Shown one piece after another: positions 53,138 through 64,000 of a stretch of DNA of 64,000 nt. The notes under the pieces were generated by a model that was not told the DNA's origin, searched no databases, and saw only the letters and a program-made list of their open reading frames with translations. The position numbers were made by a program, and so were the translations under genes. Each line of letters begins with the position of its first letter. Positions within the stretch are counted from its first letter, which is position 1. Source of the stretch: Podarcis pityusensis (lineage: Eukaryota); the NCBI GenBank assembly GCA_964106645.2, contig OZ067046.1; one strand, written 5' to 3'.

Positions 53138-55769
53138 TACGATATATTAGTTATTTATAATTTTGTACACCGGGTGATATAGCAAATGAATGGCATGCAA
53201 ACATTTTAGGAAAGCTGCCTTCTCTTGGCATTATTCCAAGGACTCATTTGGCCCTACATCATTGCAATCACATCCTGATTGCCATGGAAACTACAAATTC
53301 AGATCCAGTTCCAAATTTCCATGGTGAACACTTAGTAGTAAGAGGCGTACTGAGACAAAATAGAAAGCAGGTTTTTTGGTGGAAGGGGAGGGGGAGGGAA
53401 GTTGCCTCATTTAATGATACACCAGACTCTTACCAGCGGATCTTTCTATCTTTAAGTTCAGTTGGAAATAGGATAGATACATATGCATAGTTTCATCCTT
53501 CAACCAAGAGGACATTGACTGGTTTCAAAGTACCTTAGGTTGGACCTGAAGAGAGGCAATGAAGTCACAGACCATAGTAACAAAGCACACACACAGACGG
53601 TCCCAGGCCTAAACCCTAGCAGCTCCACCATAGCAGAGGATGGAAAAGGCTGCACCAGATCCTGGGGAATTGCTGCCATCCAACAGTAGGCAGCACTGGG
53701 CGAGATCAATCAATAGCCTGCACCTCAGAAAAAGGCTGTGTACTACACCCCTCTCCAATAGCAACAGTTGAATATTCCTCCCACCCAAAGCAGTTGGGTG
53801 TATTGAACTTTATCACAATACTAAGGGAGCACACAGTCACTTACCTGGGTGTAAGCTCCATGAACACAGTGGGGCTTCCAAGAAAACAGATTTCTGTATA
53901 TTATATATAATATGTTATTATCATATTGTTACAGAATCAGAATCAAGCTTTGGTTATCTGATGGTACATGGAGGTATAATGTATACAGTGTAGGAATTAA
54001 AAGAAACTCAGTGTGCAAACTGGTAAAAATATATGAATTAAGCTTTTATACTTCACTAGCTGGATTAAATGGAGCAGATAGTAATATTCAGGATTTCCTA
54101 GTAAACTGTCTAACCCCAGGGCCCACTAAGATGGCTGAACATGACTAAGACCCACCAGTCACAAAATGGTGGTGCAGGGGCAGAAGTTACAAAATGGTGG
54201 CAAGGCAGAGTTTGGCACAAGGAGCTGGCAATCACTTGCATGATTTTCTACTGGTATCTAATCAATCTTTCAAAATGGCTATTTTTTACCTCAGCATTTT
54301 CCTTGCAGCAAGAAATCCACTACGTCAGTTTTCCTAGTGCTAAATACAGGCACTTTTTCTGGTGGCATTGGGGAAGCTGATCCAGCTTTAAGTGCGGAAA
54401 GCTTTTGCTTTTATATTTTCGTATTTCCACCCAGCCTCTCAAAAATATTTTACCCATCTCTTGTGGTTTCTTCTCCCATTTTCTCTTCCATGGCCATGTA
54501 CATTCACTTTCTTGTCCTGTTTCTTCTGATATCCCCCCTTTTCCATTCCCGGTTTGTCTATTGTTGATTATGTTATATATTAACCTTTTATCTCACTTTC
54601 TAATTTCCTTCAACATCTCCTCAGTTCCTTTTCCCTTAGTGGAGGGAGACATTTCCCTCCTCTCCCCTGACAACTTCTCTGTCTCCCCTGCCCCATTGTC
54701 TCAGCATGCAAGGAGTTATGGGTGTTGGCATGAGTATATTTTCCCCAAGTAGTTTATAATATTGCAGCTGGAGCTAAGTTTAAGCCACTAAAGAATGAAT
54801 TTTAAAAGATCTTGAGGGTTTTAATCTCTGTTCAAAATGACACCTGCATTTGCAGCATCGCAAACATATGTTCTTGTATACAATTTTGTGAAGTAAAACT
54901 AAAAGTGTATTATATTATTTTATATTATATTTAGCAACTGACAAATGCAGACACTGATAAACAAAAATGCTATGATTATGCGCCATAAAATTGTAGGTCT
55001 TTTCTGAACTGCAATGTTCAAGCAATATTTGTGAGTTGAAGAATCATCAAAAGATTATCGTAGCAGTGGTATGGCTTTCCTGTCTTATCAAAAGTGTTCT
55101 CAGATCTATTACAACATTGCTTTCCAAACACTGTTGGAGTAACAGACAGTTTTATAAACAAGGACCATTTTTAGTGCAAAGATGTGGCTATGATGATCAG
55201 TAAGTGTTTGTTACTGCCAGATGGAAGTATTGTAATGAGTAATACAGTAAAGTCTATTCAGATACTGCAGCTGTAAAATGCTGTGAGTCATTCCCTTAGT
55301 ATACTAGCAAAAGAAGCATGTTATTACCAGAGGTTTAGAAGAGACATAACCAGCTCATTTGGATGCACTAGTGATATTGATGATAAAAGCCCTCTGTTGT
55401 CTGAAAAATAGATATCTGACATTCAGCCTTGCTTTTAATAGTTAGTTGAAATGGTCAACAAAAATGTCTGAAGTTAATGATCCTAACATTAAATGTTTTA
55501 AAGCTGCAAACAATTTTTTACAGAGGCCACCAACTATCAAATCTACTTTTCTCTCTCAGATGCCTTAATCTTACTGCCCTTCACAACAAGTATTAGTTTC
55601 CCTTTTCATTAATTATTTTTATCTCAAGTACCGGAGCCTGGTGCATCCCAGCTACATTTCCACCTACTCTGAAATTTAAGTGCAGATTAGGATATATTTG
55701 AGGTCTGCTGGGGATTGCTTTCCTTCAAGTGGCTTCCCTGTAAGACTGAGATGGAATAGTAGACATGTA

Positions 55770-56476
55770 TGATTGCACCTGCCGAAACACGACTCACCCT
55801 ACGTGTTGATTTTCCCAGGCTTTGTTGAATGGTGGTGCAAACACTATTGACTTCTTCCGATACACACGGTCATCCAGGACCTCTAAGTTTGCACAATCAG
55901 CCCATAGTTTCACATTTTTTATGCCAATTGTAGATACATTTTCTGCTTGGAGGTTTTTCCCCCGAATCATGATTGAAAATGCCATCGCACAACAGTTACA
56001 GATTCCATTTTGCTCAATTCAAGAACACAAAACACCTTCTCCACTGCAGACACAGCCATTTTGCCTGACTAGTCACATGAATCGCACGCTATCGCCTATG
56101 TCACTTCCCTCAGTAGTGGAACACAAACTTTATGAGTACAGTGGTACCTCGGGTTAACAACTTAATTCGTTCTGGAGGTCCATTCTTAACCTGAAACTGT
56201 TCTTAACCTGAGGTACCACTTTAGCTAATGGGGCCTCCTGCTGCCGCTGCGCCACCGCGGCGCGATTTCTGTTCTCATCCTGAGGCAAAGTTCTTAACCT
56301 GAGGTACTATTTATGGGTTAGCGGAGTCTGTAACCTGAAGCGTCCGTAACCTGAAGCGTCTGTAACCCGAGGTACCACTGTACATCTACCTCATGGTTCG
56401 CAGTTGTGATTTGTGTCATTGCCTGTTACTGTCTTACAGCATCTGAAAACTGTATACTTCATTATGAATCACCCTG
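55770..56476 (-). mobile_element. Decayed Tc1/mariner-superfamily element with a DUF4817-like N-terminal HTH transposase fragment
   Basis: Minus strand: TA + CAGGGTGATTCATAATGAAGT left end at 56476; ATG at 56059; reading across one frameshift gives MAVSAVEKVFCVLELSKMESVTVVRWHFQS*FG/EKPPSRKCIYNWHKKCETMG*LCKLRGPG*PCVSEEVNSVCTTIQQSLGKSTRRVSR. Confidence 0.75.
56139..56380 (-). mobile_element. Tigger-like MITE nested in the 5' UTR of the mariner-like element
   Basis: CAGTGGTACCTCGGGTTA TIRs and TA flanks. Confidence 0.92.
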
Positions 56477-57248
56477 TATATTAAACCTTTGCCCAACTAA
56501 TTTGTAAAGACCCCTCTACCTTAACTGCACATTTCCTCTGAACAAATTCAACTAAGGAAAATTTAACCTCTAGTAAACATCTTACATAAGGTTGCAACCT
56601 GAAACTTAAAGCAATGCCAAAATAAAAAAGGCAAGGCAGTAATCTATTCTCTGGTTCAAAATGCCAATCTGGCAAAACACTGAAAAGGATATCAAAGCTT
56701 GGATTTGACTTTTTTAACATACAGAATAATTGCAAAGGAATTTTTTTATTGTAAGTTCATGATCTGTATTTGCCATGAACATCCCCATACTAAAACGCTG
56801 ATTTACAAATCCACTAAACACAGCAAGCATTTTTTGTTCCTTCTCTACTCCCCCAAGCTCTACGGAACAGCAATTCTGACAGGTTGAGTTCTTTCTGCTC
56901 TAGTACATTCGATTTCCTGAATGCCTCTCCCATCTCCAACACAGTCCAAAGTAGCAAGAAAACTATTGAGACTTTACATTTTCTGAAGTTTCAAGTATGC
57001 ATTGTAGTTTAAGATTATAGCCCAACTTTCTTTAAAGCCCTCAAGGGAGCATTATAAGGTAATGTTAAATAAATAGAGTACAAGAAACCGATTCAAAAAC
57101 AAACACCACTAAAGAAAAATGCCTAGCAGTGCATACTAGAAGTGATTTTAATGAGCTTGTACCATTTTACTTGGTTGTAAACTGCCTGGTATGTATCTTT
57201 TTATGACAGGTGGTATATAAATGGTTTACAATAGAGAAAACAATAATA

Positions 57249-57490
57249 CAGTGGTACCTCGGGTTACATACGCTTCAGGTTACATACGCTTCAGGTTACA
57301 CACTCTGCTAACCCAGAAATAGTGCTTCAGGTTAAGAACTTTGCTTCAGGATGAGAACAGAAATCGTGTTCCGGCAGCACAGCAGCAGCAGGAGGCCCCA
57401 TTAGCTAAAGTGGTGCTTCAGGTTAAGAACAGTTTCAGGTTAAGAATGAACCTCTGGAACAAATTAAGTACTTAACCTGAGTTACCACTG
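57249..57490 (+). mobile_element. Tigger-like MITE
   Basis: Same TIRs and TA flanks. Confidence 0.9.
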
Positions 57491-58443
57491 TACTTGTATG
57501 CAATAATCAACAAATATCATACAATATAGTTACTTCATTTCTCCTGTCTATAAATAAGCAATACCTTCTATACTGTTCACTAATACTGAATGTGAAGCTT
57601 ATTGACCGCATGTGTCTCCTTGTCAGTTTCTTAACTCCACATTTGGAGAAAATCATTTTCCTGTCTTATTACCTACACCCCAAGAGATATTTATCCAGAA
57701 ATCCTACCTTGAATTGTTCTACTTAGTTTTGGCTGCTTCTCAACTATTTTCAGGTTCCAGGGACAACTACATCCATTTCCATTACCCCAGTCCTTTTAAC
57801 ACTGATTTGCATGCCCCCACTGATTTGCATGCACAGTGACAATGATAAATAACTGCTAACTAATAATAATGGTACAAATTTATTGCAAAGTATTTCAGTA
57901 GATCAGACTATTTATGCATCCTAAAAAGAAGAAAAACAGAGTATTTCTCTGTCAATTTTCTCAATGGGATTTGCCAACCACCCACTGCGTCTCGGTTGCT
58001 GAACATTTTGGAAGTTGAACAGTTTTCCAGAACAGATTACATTCGACAACCAAGGTTCCACTGTATTTTAAAAAGAAAGGGGAACAGAAATAACACTAGT
58101 ATGGCCTTTGTATCCAATAGGATGTGCACACTTTGCATTTGTGCTTGAATAGCTGCACCATCATGGTAGAAGCAGCTGTTAGATTTAATTGCAGAAAAGC
58201 GAGTGTAATCCAAATGTAGAATTGGAATTGGGACATAAATAAATGCCACGAATAATTCCGTATTAAAACTGTAGTACTTAACAACCAACACAAGAGGTCT
58301 CCTTAACTATGTATTTCAGATGCTGCTTTATCTCCAGTTAGCACACCAACACTAAATATATATTCTGCAATAACTTTTTTTTAAATACTGCACAGCATAC
58401 CATTTGGTAAAAGCTTAGAATTACATAAGAACTTGCTGAAGAC

Positions 58444-58814
58444 TAGGGGTGCGTAGAAATTTGGTTCAGTTCGCACTTTACGATGAACCTACCTAATTTA
58501 CCTTTCAAGAAACAATATGTGAACCCAAATACAGCTGTCCTGTGAAATTCACACTAAGTGTATATTAGGAGGCAGTGTACATAAAAATGCACATACCCAT
58601 GAAAATAACATGCAAAACACCTTATACTGTATCTTGCAAGGATGTATATATTAGTCAAAACTTTGTGCAAAATGTATTTATTAGGAGAAATGGACTGAAA
58701 TGCTAATCTTTGTGGGAATGTTAAAAAAAAATGCAATCTGATGTGAAAATATGGTGAACTGAATTTAAGATCAGGAAAATGAGAAAGTTGAAATAGGCAA
58801 ATTTTCCATCCCTT
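58444..58814 (+). mobile_element. hAT-type element, paralog of 49568-49972
   Basis: Same termini and same flanks. Confidence 0.8.
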
Positions 58815-58838
58815 CTGAATGCACATGCCATATGGTTA

Positions 58839-59212
58839 AAGGTAAAGGTAAAGGTACCCCTGCCCGTACGGGCCAGTAGTGTCCGACTCTAGGGTTGCGT
58901 GCTCACCTCGCTCTAGAGGCCGTGAGCCGGCGCCGTCCGAAGACACTTCCGGGTCACGTGGCCAGCGTGACGAAGCTGCAGCTGGCGAGCCAGCACCAGC
59001 GCAGCACACAGAAACGCCGTTTACCTTCCCGCTATAAAGCGGTACCTATTTATCTACTTGCACTTAAGAGTGCTTTCGAACTGCTAGGTGGGCAGGAGCT
59101 GGGACCGAACGACAGGAGCTCACCCCGCCGGGGGATTCGAACCGCCAACCATACAATCGGCAAGTCCTAGGCACTGAGGCGCCACCCGCCACAGCGCCAC
59201 CCGCGTCCCTCT
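58839..59212 (-). mobile_element. Sauria SINE, distinct CpG-rich subfamily
   Basis: Perfect 14-bp TSD ATGCCATATGGTTA (58825-58838 and 59213-59226); empty site in copy 1 near 49983-49996. Confidence 0.93.
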
Positions 59213-60926
59213 ATGCCATATGGTTACTATTACTTTAAATGAAACAGCAAATACAATATATAGGCTCCCTGTATTAGAGGTAGTTGTGGAAATTTCAGTT
59301 CCATCAAGTTTTCCTGCACTAATATTCTGCAGTTTACACTCATCAAGTAGACACTTACAGTCTTCAGGTCGCCATTTATTTATTTCTTGAAGTTTTAAAG
59401 CCATATGTCTGGATTTTCTTGGACATTTGATCTTACTTGTACTGTTAGGAAAACAGTCTGGTCTAATGGCAATTTACTTTGGAACTCCCTACCTATTGAT
59501 ATCTGGAATGCGCCATTGCTGTACAGTACATACCCTTCTGGGCACCTACTTAGAACATTTTTTCTTTAGGCAAGCCTATCCAGGCATGTAGAAGTCACAT
59601 GTGTTTTATCTATTTATGTCTTGCTTGGAAGTTTTCTTACAATCAAGAACTATGTGAATTATATTAGATGAATAAAAATTTCCCCTTGGCCTCCTCTCAT
59701 CTTTTGCTCACAAAGTTTGTGCTACGGGAAGTGTGGGGGGGGGGATATGGTTCGGTTGCTTTAATTTTTATTTCTACATCTAACCCTCAACCTCCCAGTT
59801 TCGTGCTGCTAGACAACACACTATTATTATTAGATACAATACTATTGCATACTGCCTCCAAGCAGCTCAGGATGGCATAATGAGCTACAATTAATTGAAG
59901 AGTTAAAGGACTAACTCTCTCTCTCTGTTTCGTATATAATTTATGATAATTTTACTGAAAGCATTCCACCCATGGGTACATTGTTTCACCCGACTATATC
60001 TCCTTGTGGATCCCATGACCTAATGCAGTCCCTTTGAGTTGACCAGATATAATTAGCTTTATGGTGCCGGCTTTTCCATCAGATGATTTGCATCTTAACT
60101 GGTGGGCAGAGATCTACAGTACTGAAAATTAAGTTGACTAGAGTAGTGTCTAGCCAACAACGCCTGGCTGTGAGTTGTGAAGGCCACTCCCCGCAAAGCC
60201 CTTTCCACCTGGTCTAGGGGGCGGGGTCCACACTCACCCAGCTCTACTAAAGAGGCTCCTGGTGATACCAGAGGGACATTGCTATACTTGACAGCAAACC
60301 CTAACTATTGGATTCTTTCCCCCCATCTTTTGTGCCTGCCAAACAGCCATGTCATGCTTAGGATAATATTTTATTCTCTTTGTTAATTATGCTGTTTTAA
60401 ATGTGCATTTTATATTTAACTTCACTTAACAATGTTTTTTTTAAATTCCTTTTTGTTAACTTAGTTCGTGTTAAATATGCATTCTGTAGTTGACCTGCTT
60501 TGTAATGTTTTATTTTGAAATCTTTTAAGATAATATTTTAGTTTTCTTTTAATTATGTTGGTTTGACTGTATACTCTATATTTGACTTTCTTCAGATTGT
60601 TTTATTGATGTTTTATTGATTTTTTAATATTCTGTAAACTGCTTTGAGATTTTTCTTAAGAATATAAAGCAGTATAGAAATGAAATGAAATTATTATTAT
60701 TGTTAATAATAATAATAATAATAATAATAATGTATTGCATCATTTGAATGGATAGGTCTGGCACTGTTGTGCTTTTGCAAGTTGTCTCTAATCCTAATAC
60801 GCCTGAGAGCTACTGTAAAAATAAAGGTGTTATAGTGTTCCTATTTAAATACCATTGAACGGCCCATTAAATCCAGCCTCTCTCTTCTCAGCTTGCTTAA
60901 CTTTTCCCTGCATGTCAAGGCATACA

Positions 60927-61144
60927 AAGTGGTAACTTGGGTTAAGTACTTAATTTGTTCCGGAGGTCCGTTCTTAACCTGAAACTGTTCTTAACCTGAA
61001 GCACCACTTTAGCTAATGGGGGCCTCCCGTTGCTGCCGCGCCGCCGGAGCACGATTTCTGTTCTCATCCTGAAGCAAAGTTCTTAACCCGAGGTACCACT
61101 GAAGCGTATGTAACCTGAAGCGTATGTAACCCGAGGTACCACTG
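60927..61144 (-). mobile_element. Tigger-like MITE, absent from duplication copy 1
   Basis: Right end GGTACCACTG-TA; the copy 1 empty site reads ggcatatacaccatccc (~51076-51092). Confidence 0.85.
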
Positions 61145-62941
61145 TACATCATCCCACTCACATTACAAGCACAAGAGGTTGATGCTGAACATGACAGCCA
61201 GCTCTCACATTTCACAGATTTGTAGAGTTCGAAGGGTCCCTAAGGGTCATCTAGTCCAACCCCCTGCAATAAAGCAATCTCTACTAAAGCATCAGAATTT
61301 TGTATCAGATACGTATTTTACCACACAGACCTTGAGAAGCAACAGAAAAATCTGCACAGACAGATGGCAAAGTGTGCTAATTCCACCACATAATCCCATC
61401 CGTAAACATCAGAAAGCTGTGCTTTTAAATATAGACTGTCAGCATTCCAGCTTTACATAAATATACAACACAGAGAAAAAGGTGGTGTATGTTTTTCTGT
61501 ATATCACAGCATAACCAATATGAAAGTTAGCTGAAGCTTAGTCCATTTTTTATAAAGCAAGTTTCCAGGAAGGTACACCTCCAGTTTACTTCCTGCCTCT
61601 CCAAAATGGATGACCATAGGCTTGGGAGTCTGTCATAGCTGCTGCTTTTGTGATCTATTCTAGCTTTCCTTTCACCTTCTCAATAAAGGGATGCCTTTGC
61701 AGCAAGCCAGCTTCCCGATTGATTCACACTCTCTTCTAGGCATGATAGGTGTCATACTGCTAGGGGACAGTGTCCTGAAGTGACTAAGGCTGCAGCCCTA
61801 TTCCTTCCTAACAGGGAGACAGCTCCATTATACACACTGGGACTTCCTTCTGTGTATACATGTACAGGATATATGAAAGAAGGTTTTATACTTCACTAGG
61901 TGGATTAAAAGGAGCATATAGTATTATTTAGGATCAACTAGATCATAAATTATTAAACTGCTTATCGCCAGGCCCACTAAGATGGCTGAAAATGACTGAG
62001 GCCCAGCAGTCACAAAATGGTGGTGCAGGGGCAGAACAAGTTGCAAAATGGTGGCAAGGCAGAGTTTGGCACAAGGAGCTGGCAATCACTTGCATGATTT
62101 TCTACTGGTATCAAATCAATCTTTGGAAATGGCTATTTTTTACCTCAGCATTTTCGTTGCAGCAAGGAATCCACTACGTCAGTTTTCCTAGTGCTAAATA
62201 CAGGCACTTTTTCTGGTCCTGTTTCTTCTGATATCCCCCATTTTCCATTCCTGGTTTGTCTGTTGTTGATTACGTATGTCATATATTAGCTTTTTACCTC
62301 ACTTTCTAACTTCCTTCAACATCTCCTCAGTTTCTTTTCCCTTAGTGGAGGAAGACATTTCCCTCCTCTCCCCTGCCAACTTCTCTGTCTCCCCAGCCCC
62401 GTTATCTCAGCATGTAAGAAATTATGGGTGCTGGCATGGGTATGCTGAACACATTTAGTGAAGGGTTTTGTTTAAAAACAAGCTTCTGTATCGTGTATTT
62501 GTACATTAACAGATATTTTAGGCTATATATTTTCTGGTGGGAGTGTTTTCCTGCAGGAGGGGAGCTGACAGGAAAAAAATAACAATCACCTTTAAGGACA
62601 ATCAAAGATGAAGGAGAAGAATGTTTGGAGGGGCTTTTGACCTTGCAGCAGAGGGATGAGGGAAAATGGTTGTGGGAAAAGCATCCATGTTGAAAGAATA
62701 GTAACTCTGGCTAGAGAATAAGAGATTACATTTACTGCTGGAATATCATCTTGGCTGTGAGTCCTGCAAGCCCTGCTCCCTGCTTTCTTCCAACTGTCCT
62801 GGGACTGACTCTAGGTAGAAATGATGAGGCTGCTGAACAGACTCTGGGTGGGGGCATTGCTTAGGGATTTTTGCTGAGGGCGTGTTATTGTTGCTGTTAT
62901 TGATATTAATTTGTGTAGCTTTATTATGATTTATGTGGAAA

Positions 62942-63036
62942 TTGTTCAGTTTGGTTGTGTACTTTTTGATGTTTTAATTATCCCTTATCTAGTTGTTCAG
63001 TTTGGTTGTGTACTTTTTGATGTTTTAATTATCCCT
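62942..63036 (+). repeat. 44-bp perfect direct repeat with a 7-bp spacer
   Basis: ttgttcagtttggttgtgtactttttgatgttttaattatccct at 62942-62985 and 62993-63036. Confidence 0.9.
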
Positions 63037-63167
63037 CATGACTACTTTTGCTGTATTTTGAATTGTGCATTTCTTTTCATGGTGTAAGCCACCTGAAACA
63101 TGGCTGTAACTGGAAAGGTGGCATGCAGATAAAATGATGTATGTATGTTTGCTGCTTGGAGACCTAC

Positions 63168-64000
63168 GCTCTATTATACACACTGGGACTTACTTCTAAG
63201 TATATATGTACAGGATTGTGCTGTAATGTTACAAGAAATACAACCGACCGTATTACTACATTATAAATCCATCCTTCCTACAAGGATGATGAATGGGTGA
63301 CAATATTTACAGAAGCAATATATAAACTGTGCTGATCTCTCTAAACAAAAAACAAAAAATACACATGTAATAAATACACTACATAATTTATCTCAGTAAT
63401 CCTCAAATTCTGTAGCACAGAACATCTTTAGTACATATAACTGATAACTCTATGTCCACTTTGGCAAAACAAAAAACAAAAATACCACAACCAAAGCATA
63501 AGCCAAGGACAGGGAACCTGCAGTTCTTCCAGATGTTTCTGGACTACAACTCATATGACCCCTGCTCAATGGCCATGATGGCTGTAGCAGGTGAGCGTTG
63601 AAGTTCATCAGCATTTTGAGGGCCACAGGTTCCCCCATTCCTACTTTAAGTTGTTAAAGTAAGAACTTAGCTTTAGAAGGATTCCCGCCACCGCCACCCC
63701 CCATAGAAGCTTTTATACTTCACTATTTGGATTAAAAGTAGCAGGCAGTATTATTTAGGATTAACTAGATCATAAATTATTAAACTGTTTGCTCCCAGGG
63801 CCCACTAAGATGTCTGACAATGACTGCGGCCCAGCAGTCACAAAATGGTGGTGCAGGGGCAGAAGAAGTTACAAAATGGTGGCAAGGCAGAGTTTGGCAC
63901 AAGGAGCTGGCAATCTCTTGCATGATTTTCTACTAGTATCAAATCAATCTTTGGAAATGACTATTTTTTACCTCAGCATTTTCCTTGCAGCAAGAAATCC
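63168..64000 (+). repeat. Third partial copy of the duplicated module (runs off the window end)
   Basis: 63168-63290 matches ~51607-51700; 63706-64000 matches 54040-54318 and 61882-62172. Confidence 0.85.
63505..63642. mobile_element. Decayed hAT-like MITE
   Basis: gggaacctg...caggttccc inverted ends with the internal ccagatgtt..ggactacaactc motif shared with 28552 and 38915. Confidence 0.6.

Larger units (their letters stand above)
49255..54730 (+). repeat. Segmental duplication, copy 1
   Basis: Collinear blocks: 49255-50090 with 58068-59320; 50942-51650 with 60786-61868; 54040-54730 with 61882-62440. Confidence 0.88.
58068..62440 (+). repeat. Segmental duplication, copy 2
   Basis: Collinear with 49255-54730, with copy-specific insertions and deletions. 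Confidence 0.88.

Noticed and set aside
55798-56043. Host exon suggested by CTGCAG...AGG|GTGAGT and the MAFSIMIRG ORF
   Set aside because: All three frames contain stops across the segment, and it is better explained as decayed transposase sequence. Exonisation as a 5' exon is not excluded.

Overview
Vertebrate (eukaryotic) genomic DNA, almost certainly from a squamate and probably a lacertid lizard, judged from Sauria SINEs, Squam3-like and tRNA-Lys/CR1-tail SINEs, BovB/RTE, CR1 and L2 LINE ends and many hAT/Tigger/Harbinger-type MITEs. No host protein-coding gene could be identified with confidence; the window reads as intronic or intergenic. It contains: (1) the 3' half of an intact Gypsy LTR retrotransposon (RNase H-integrase ORF, PPT, 371-bp 3' LTR), sitting in one copy of an apparently identical local duplication whose second copy shows the empty target site; (2) a young 5'-truncated CR1 with an intact 304-codon RT end; (3) a decayed DUF4817-type mariner-like transposon, missed by the ORF track, with its left TIR and TA; (4) a diverged segmental duplication/triplication in 49.2-64 kb that can be dated by TE presence/absence; (5) Sauria SINE copies with compensatory base changes in several hairpins; (6) several TE-free blocks that look like conserved non-coding elements. 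Family names come from recall of consensus sequences, not database searches. I found no convincing wholly new biological system. Most short ORFs in the track are spurious.
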